DNA from: Opitutales bacterium
GTDB lineage: Bacteria > Verrucomicrobiota > Verrucomicrobiia > Opitutales > UBA2987
Direction: 5' to 3'
DNA: 64,000 bases
NCBI GenBank assembly: GCA_965226885.1
Contig: CBDDEL010000010.1
Span: 256,001 to 320,000, forward strand
This document shows positions 57,780 through 64,000 of the stretch, piece by piece. A program made the translations under genes and the position numbers. The notes under the pieces were generated by a model. The model made no database searches. It saw only the letters and a program-made list of their open reading frames with translations, and was not told the DNA's origin. Each line of letters opens with the position of its first letter. Positions within the stretch are counted from its first letter, which is position 1.

Positions 57780-58640
57780 TTAAATCATTTCCGTTAGGAT
57801 ATCGTAAACTTCCGGTCTGCGGGTGCGCAGGGTAAATCCCCTATGGCGGCGCGCCTGGGTCATGATGCCGGGATCCAATTCTCCCGTTATCATGAGGTCA
57901 TCGGTCGATAGTGGCCCCTGAGCGATCAGGTTGCTGAGGGGGTCCACGATTAAAGCGCCACCGTTATGGGTGGAATGTCCGTTGAAGCCCGCCTGGTTGC
58001 AATGGGCGACGAAGACTCCGTTTTCGGCTGCCATCATTCCCCAACGTCCCGGCATGGAATCGCGTTTTTTTTGTAGATTTTCCAATTGTTGCTGTGGCGA
58101 AACTTTGCTTCCCATGCCGCCTTTTCGCCCCGCATGAGGTGTCATAATCAGTTCGGCTCCCTTCAGCGCGAGGATGCGCCAACTTTCGGAGAATGCGACA
58201 TCATAACAGATGAGAGTGCCGACCTTGGCGAACCCGAGATCATAGACATGGAAGCTGCGCCCCATTCGAAAGGTGAAATATTCGTCCCCCGAGGCATGAA
58301 CCTTGCGCTGTATGCCGAGCAACCCTTTCGGTCCAACCAGAGCCTGGGAGTTGTAATAGGTTCCATGGGCCTTCTCACAAAAGCCGTAGGAAACCACCAA
58401 ATCGTGCTTTTTGGCCTGTTCGGAAATGCAAGTGAATACGGGTCCATTGCCCGCTTCCTCGGCAAATTGGACAACCCTTGGATCGCCGTAATGGGCTGTT
58501 GTCGAAATTTCCGGAAACAAGATTAATGCGCAGCCTTGACCGGCAGCCTCTTCAATAAAACGCACGTGGGTATTCAAATTATGCTCCACATCATCCATCA
58601 ACGCATTCATCTGAACGGTTGCCACTTTTATTTTTTCCAT
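57780..58640 (-). CDS. Carbon-nitrogen hydrolase (nitrilase superfamily)
   Basis: FPE, QRKVH, ICYD, RRPEVY. Confidence 0.92.
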   Translation of the reverse strand: MEKIKVATVQMNALMDDVEHNLNTHVRFIEEAAGQGCALILFPEISTTAHYGDPRVVQFAEEAGNGPVFTCISEQAKKHDLVVSYGFCEKAHGTYYNSQALVGPKGLLGIQRKVHASGDEYFTFRMGRSFHVYDLGFAKVGTLICYDVAFSESWRILALKGAELIMTPHAGRKGGMGSKVSPQQQLENLQKKRDSMPGRWGMMAAENGVFVAHCNQAGFNGHSTHNGGALIVDPLSNLIAQGPLSTDDLMITGELDPGIMTQARRHRGFTLRTRRPEVYDILTEMI

Positions 58641-58719
58641 TTAATCTCTTTCCTCTCAAAACATTGTTGTTACGCGACTGTCAGGCTTTCCGACTGTCAG
58701 GCTTTCCAATTGATAATTA

Positions 58720-60536
58720 GAGGCTGTCCCAAAAGGGTGATTTTTGCGAGGGCTTTTGATAGGCGCTCATTTTAGAGGTATTTGCATTTGGGAGAGTATC
58801 AACTTTGCTCTCCTATGACGCTAGGATACTGGTTTTGGGGTCCGGTTGCCTGGTTTTCTTTGTATGAGCCGACAGTACGGCTGTGAAAAAGTATTGTCCT
58901 TGCTTTTCCGCTCTCTAGGCCGCCGCTTTGGTTTTTAGTTCGTCTTGCTGGGCCAGCATCTTGGCTACTTTCCATAGGTTGTGCGAGAGTACCGACCAGG
59001 CTACGCTGATCGAGCGGTTGGCAAAGCCTTTGCTGCGCAACCGCCCGGCCTGCCAGCGATTCTTCAATACCCCGATCCGCCCTTCGGTGCTGGCCCGGCG
59101 CTTTTGCAATTGCCTGAACAGTGGTTCCTCCATCCGTTTTTTCAACTGCTTCGGATCGCGTGGACAGAGCGCGTCGTAGATTCCCTCCTGGGCTAACTGC
59201 CGGCGGGCCCGCTGGGAGGCAAATCCCCGGTCCGCGCACATGGCCGCTATGGGTTCTTCCAGGTTGAAGCGGTTCTGTCTTTGCAAACTCTCTTGCATTT
59301 GTTCATTTTCGCTTGGAGTTCGGCTGCCGTAGAGTTTCCAGTCCAGCAGGTACCCTTCAACGCTTTCTCCCAAAAACAGGGTGTTGCCGAACTCGACCTC
59401 TTGGCCCGCTTTACCTCGCACAATCACCTGCCCATCGAGTTCGTAAACACTCAAGACTTTCTCTGCGTTTTTCACCTGGCGGCCGCCAATGATCCGCTCG
59501 TGCGCCTGTTTGATGACCACCGGGATTTGCTCGCTCATGCGCTCCATCCGGGCGAGGATCTGTTGGACCTGTTTTTCGCTGTAATCGCTTTGCTCCCAGC
59601 AGGCTTGCAATAATTCCCGGTGACTGCGGGCATGCTCCCCGATCCGTTTGAGCAGCTTTTTCATCTGCCTCAAGATACCCTTGCGCTGCCGCGCGCTGTC
59701 CTTTCGCCGCCGGCTGTGGGTCATCTGTATGCACAGCCGATTCATCTGCCGAGCCAAGGGCTCCGGTTCGATCGGCATGCGATGGCGCAAACCGGCCTTC
59801 TCGCGGATCAGCCGGATCGCTTTGAGCAACGTGCCGGCTACATCCTTGAGTAATACCCAGTCCGTCGGCCAATGAATGTTAGCCTCCAAACAGGTGCCGT
59901 CGATCAGGCAAATGGTGGGGTCAATCGGCTTGTCCAATCCCACCTGCCGGGCCAGAAGGGCATCGCCCACCACCTCAGTCAAGGTCCGGTGCAAGGCCCT
60001 CAACTGCTCTTCGCTGAAAAACTTCGAGGCCCGCTCCAGGGTGCTTTTGGAGATGCCCCTGATGCCATCGATCTGCCGGACACGGCAAAAGTCGGCCAAC
60101 AGATCGCTGCTGCCCAGAGCCCGCGACAAATGCCGAAACGAAATCCCTCCGAGCAGACGGCCCAGCGTATCCATGCGCAGTGCCTTGATGGCAAAACTGG
60201 CCCGCTGCCGCCGGGCCTTTAGACCCATTGGCGGCCACCCCTCCAAGGCCAGCTCAATGGCCTGCGATTCCACCTCCGAGTCGATCAGCAGCCGATCGAT
60301 TCGATCAATGGTGGCGCGGAAGTTATCGTAATCGAGGCACCGGTCGACCACAGTTAAAGCTGGACGCAGGAGGCATTGGATGGCTATATTTTTCATAGAA
60401 AGGGCTATATTGATTTTCGCTAACTCAATTATAGAACCCTTTTTTGGCCGGATCGAGCAAAAACTTGCTCTTTCCGGCTCTTTTTATCAACGTCATCCAG
60501 TTGACTATAAAATCTTTATATTTTTGGGACAGCCTC
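58720..60536 (-). mobile_element. IS5-like element copy E (intact transposase 58915-60396)
   Basis: 1817 bp, both IRs, flanks TAATTA / TAGTTA. Confidence 0.95.
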
Positions 60537-60815
60537 TAGTTAATGTTGAAAAGCCGGATATTAAACCTTTCCGATTATATTGATCAGATGGGTTTAATTG
60601 ACAAGAACCTATCTCATATTGCCGGAAAAATAATGAAGGTCTGCGAATTTATTCAATGTTTCGACCTTGGTTTTTAAACACAGCTATCTTGGCCCGTTAT
60701 TCGAGAATTATTTCAGCCATAATTTTCAAATGTAATCACAGTTTTCCTTGGATGAAATAACAGTAAATTGGAAAGCAGGGCAAAAGGTCCTGTATTTGAC
60801 AAATTAGGATGCGGG

Positions 60816-61844
60816 TCAGGGCAAAATTTTCCAGAAACCGAATTTGTGTCCGAGTTCAAGACAAACTTCGAGTGGGAGGATGCCATTTGAGGCAGTTGAG
60901 TCGAAGAGGCAGCTTGCCGCCGCGCATACTCCGAGTTCGAGACATTGATTCATGGCCCATTCTTGGTGTAGAGCATAAAGGAAACCAGCGGCGAAAGCAT
61001 CGCCCGCTCCGACAGATCCGGCAATTTTTTCCTCGGGTATCCGGACAGAGCCTTGCCGCCATATCCTACCGTCATTTTCCAATCCCATAGCGCCCTCGGG
61101 AAAATGGATGACGACTCGATACTTAGCGCCCATGCTCAAAATGATGCCAAGCGCCTTCTCCACTTCTCCTGGCAGGATGCCCGATTCGGTTTTTAGCTTC
61201 AATCCTGTCAGCCAGGCAGCCTCGAGTTCATTTAAAAAAAGGGTGTCGATATAGGGCAAGGAAGGTTTGACCGTTGCCGCAAAATCATCGCGGGGAAAGC
61301 TGACTAAATCGACCGAAGTTTGCAAACCCGCTTCTTTGGCTCGCCTGAGAACGTTGGCGGCGCCAGTGTTTCCGTCCTGGTTAATATTTTCCAGCGAATC
61401 AAGGAGATTGATGTAGGCCAGGTGAAATATCTTTGCTTTTGTATTATCGAAATTGAAATGATTTTCCGACAGCAGGGCGTTGGTTCCTTTTTGATGAAAG
61501 AAACTCCTTCGAGCTGAAGAATCGACACTCATCACATCCGTGTAGGAAGTGGGCGCTTTGTGTGTTAAAATCAATTGCTTGATATCAATTCCGAGCGCAG
61601 CGCATTCTTCAATGATATACCGGCCGTTTTCATCATCACCGAGCAGACCGATTCCGATGAGAGAAAAATCTGCTCTCATTTTGGCCAGGTCTTTGAGCAA
61701 ATTATAGGGGCCCCCTCCATTGCTCCTTTTTTCGCTTAAAATAACGCCCAGAGCGTCGAGCGGGGGATAGGAGTCGATTGTTTTGACATGATCCACGCAC
61801 CAGTTGCCGCCCGCCATGATCCCGCTTCTATCGTCGTTGCTCAT
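60816..61844 (-). CDS. PfkB-family carbohydrate kinase
   Basis: GGGPYN, NELEA, VGAGDAFAAGF. Confidence 0.92.
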   Translation of the reverse strand: MSNDDRSGIMAGGNWCVDHVKTIDSYPPLDALGVILSEKRSNGGGPYNLLKDLAKMRADFSLIGIGLLGDDENGRYIIEECAALGIDIKQLILTHKAPTSYTDVMSVDSSARRSFFHQKGTNALLSENHFNFDNTKAKIFHLAYINLLDSLENINQDGNTGAANVLRRAKEAGLQTSVDLVSFPRDDFAATVKPSLPYIDTLFLNELEAAWLTGLKLKTESGILPGEVEKALGIILSMGAKYRVVIHFPEGAMGLENDGRIWRQGSVRIPEEKIAGSVGAGDAFAAGFLYALHQEWAMNQCLELGVCAAASCLFDSTASNGILPLEVCLELGHKFGFWKILP

Positions 61845-61852
61845 AGTAGTGT

Positions 61853-63231
61853 TTATTCGCTTATCAGATAGACAAGTGGTGGTTCATCTTCCTCAATCTG
61901 AGGGGGTAGTGTATTAAGTAGGAATGGTGGCTAATTCTTGATTATATTGATGAATGAAAAGTCTCAGACAGGTTTCATGCATACTCTTAAGCTTGGAAAA
62001 GGAGAGGGTTTTGCGTGTGAAACGACCCAGTCGTTGGCGCAGGGTATTGTTCCATCGTTCCACATGGGCCGTTTCACCGGTTTCTTTTCCCACGGATCGG
62101 TTATGAGGAAAGACTTCATCATAAGTGCTCCAAAAGTCGCTGTAGGTGGCACATCTTTTGTAGGCCCGTGGCAGACGCTCGTAAAGTTCCCGGCAACGAT
62201 ATCAATCCCGAGGCCCAATGGCATAGGAGAGGATTTGACGGGTGCGTCGGCAAAGAGCGATCCAAACCCATTGGGCATCGCTCTTGCGCCCCACAAAAGA
62301 TCACAGTTCGTCCAGTTCAATGACATCATGGCGGCGGGCCGCAAGAATCGTGCTTTTGAGCGGTCGCAGCGATTGTCGTTTTTTTTAACCAACTCAAAAC
62401 GGTGTTGGGACTCACCCCGAAGGCGCGCTGTAAACCGCGTAGACTGCTGCGTTCCTGATAGACTCGAAGGATCATTTCTTTTTGCTCTTCGGTGTATTTC
62501 ACTGTGGGGTTTTCGCGGCTTTGTTTACCACAATCATGGCAGCGGTAGCGCTGTTTATGGTTGGGCGTCTTGCCAAATTTAATGATATTTTCACTTCCAC
62601 AGTGCCGACAATTAATAATTTTAGTAACCATGCACTAAAAATAAACTGCCTAACGCTATTTGTACAGCTAAAAATACAAAATAACATTCTTTTTTTATAC
62701 ACTACCTCTGAGGGAAACGTCCGATCTTCGGATTGACGAAGAAATTGTCATGGAGGTCGTCATTTTTTGTGGAAACTTCTCCGATGACGCATTCTTCGCT
62801 TTCTGGATAAAATTCATGGTATATACCGGGAACCAGGGTAATGCGTTGACCTGATTGTAATACAACCTTTTCTCCAGACCTAATAATCTTCGTTGTTCCG
62901 TTTATCTTTACGGGGAAGGATTCATTTTCCTCCGATTCATTTGGATGACGCGGCCACACTATAATGGCGAGAACGCCGTTTCGACATATGATGTCTTCTT
63001 TTTTTGTTTATGACAGTGAGCCGGGGTAATCTGGTTTTTTCGCGCGTACATCAACTTTTCACAATATTCCGGTTCATCAGTCAAATTGATCAAAACCAGA
63101 CCATATCGATCGAATTTCCCTAACCCAAGATCGGTGACGTCCCAACGCGCGCCAGGTGGCAGGGTCCACCCGTTTTTTGCAAAGCAGGACTTGGCTTGAA
63201 GGAAAGCTTTGTTAATTTCCGATCGTTTCAT
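61853..63231 (-). pseudogene. D-lyxose/D-mannose isomerase-family cupin, frameshifted and IS1-interrupted
   Basis: MKRSEIN, YCEKLM, TPAHCH, GEVSTKNDD; GRFPQ joins IEEDEPP across TCTGAGGG duplication; A-run frameshift near 63000. Confidence 0.87.
61905..62706 (-). mobile_element. IS1-family element with nonsense-inactivated insB
   Basis: 802 bp, IRs, 8-bp duplication; two TGG-to-TGA changes. Confidence 0.93.
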
Positions 63232-63261
63232 TTCATTATCTTAATTAATAAATTTTTAAAA

Positions 63262-64000
63262 TTATTCTTTAATTAAAATGGAATCCGTTATTTGCAAATC
63301 CTGGGCCAGAGGCCGTAACGGTTCCAATTTCCGAAGGTTTAATTCGTTGTGGTATGCTTTCACCGCTTCTTTGGGAGCTATATCGGCGTCTGCAATTTTT
63401 TTGAGAAATTCGATAAAGGTGAGGGGTTCTTCGGAAAGATTGATTTTTCGCCCGAAAAGCGCCGCCCGAGCGCCGTGTTTGCGCGCATTATGAATAAGTT
63501 GAAAAGCATCCATGGTGGTTCCCGAGCTTCCACCCAGAATGCCGACGATTAAGCCGGGGTCGTAAGCCACAAGCTCTTCCAATGACTTTGCGCCGTTGTA
63601 GGGAATTTTCAAAAAGAGGGGGCGGCCAACATCCGTTACCCCGGCCAGGCAACGAACGATGTGGTCATTAAGGAAAGAGCCAATTTCTTGCGAACGGAAG
63701 CCCAGATCGATGTTTGGGTTAAACACTTCCAAAAAGTAGCGAAAATGCTTTTTCTCCGCTTCCAATCGAAAAGCATGAAATTCTTCCAGCGATCGATGAT
63801 CGTGGGCAATGTCGTTATTGAATGTTATTGAATACAGGCCGAGATCCGCTCCCGTTGCCGGTTTTGAATGATCTTTTTCCAACCGCCCGTATTTGATGTG
63901 ATCAATCGTGGCAGTACGAAAGGGGCGGGATGGGTGTTCAATGTAATTTCCGCCGCGCATTATCCAAATGTCGGTGGTGTCGTTGGCCCTCGCGGCTGGA
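63262..64000 (-). CDS. Class I aldolase-like TIM-barrel protein (5' end outside window)
   Basis: YFLEVF, FLKIPY, ILGGS, FGRKI; context with sugar isomerase and kinase. Confidence 0.6.
   Translation of the reverse strand, partial: PAARANDTTDIWIMRGGNYIEHPSRPFRTATIDHIKYGRLEKDHSKPATGADLGLYSITFNNDIAHDHRSLEEFHAFRLEAEKKHFRYFLEVFNPNIDLGFRSQEIGSFLNDHIVRCLAGVTDVGRPLFLKIPYNGAKSLEELVAYDPGLIVGILGGSSGTTMDAFQLIHNARKHGARAALFGRKINLSEEPLTFIEFLKKIADADIAPKEAVKAYHNELNLRKLEPLRPLAQDLQITDSILIKE

Noticed and set aside
61905..62706. UGA read as Trp (alternative genetic code)
   Set aside because: TGA ends well-supported genes here (nusA, the symporter, the nuclease), and no core gene has in-frame TGA
757..62736. Many short overlapping or antisense ORFs repeated across IS copies
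   Set aside because: They recur only because the IS copies are nearly identical; they lie on alternative frames of transposases and show no recognisable motifs

Overview
A bacterial chromosomal window, Verrucomicrobia/Opitutales-like by inference from protein style and unverified, in the middle of a massive insertion-sequence expansion. Summing my boundaries, about 28 kb (~44%) is IS DNA. This comprises 9 full-length copies plus 3 right-end fragments of a 1567-bp IS1380-family element (4-bp YTAR target duplication), 5 copies plus fragments of an 1817-bp IS5-like element (TA-N2-3-TA target, 6-7-bp duplication), 4 IS1-family copies (802 bp, 8-bp duplication) and one IS3-family element. Matching target duplications reconstructs two nested composite units. 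A 16.8-kb IS5-bounded block splits an NHL-repeat gene, and inside it a 4.2-kb IS1380-bounded block carrying a Sel1-repeat fragment splits an amidohydrolase gene. The IS1380 element forms head-to-tail dimers with an identical TTAG spacer, inserts into its own stop codon, and has a potentially pseudoknotted 3' region. Among the ISs are dispersed integron gene cassettes (two clear attC sites, no integrase) and the 3' end of a group IIC intron sitting exactly in an attC site. About a dozen 6-40-bp tandem duplications form a striking mutational signature. Intact host genes include an ActP-like symporter pair, an extracellular nuclease, a 2OG-Fe(II) oxygenase, tetR, nusA-infB-rbfA-DHH-truB-ribF, two carbon-nitrogen hydrolases and a PfkB kinase. 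At least nine accessory genes are pseudogenised.
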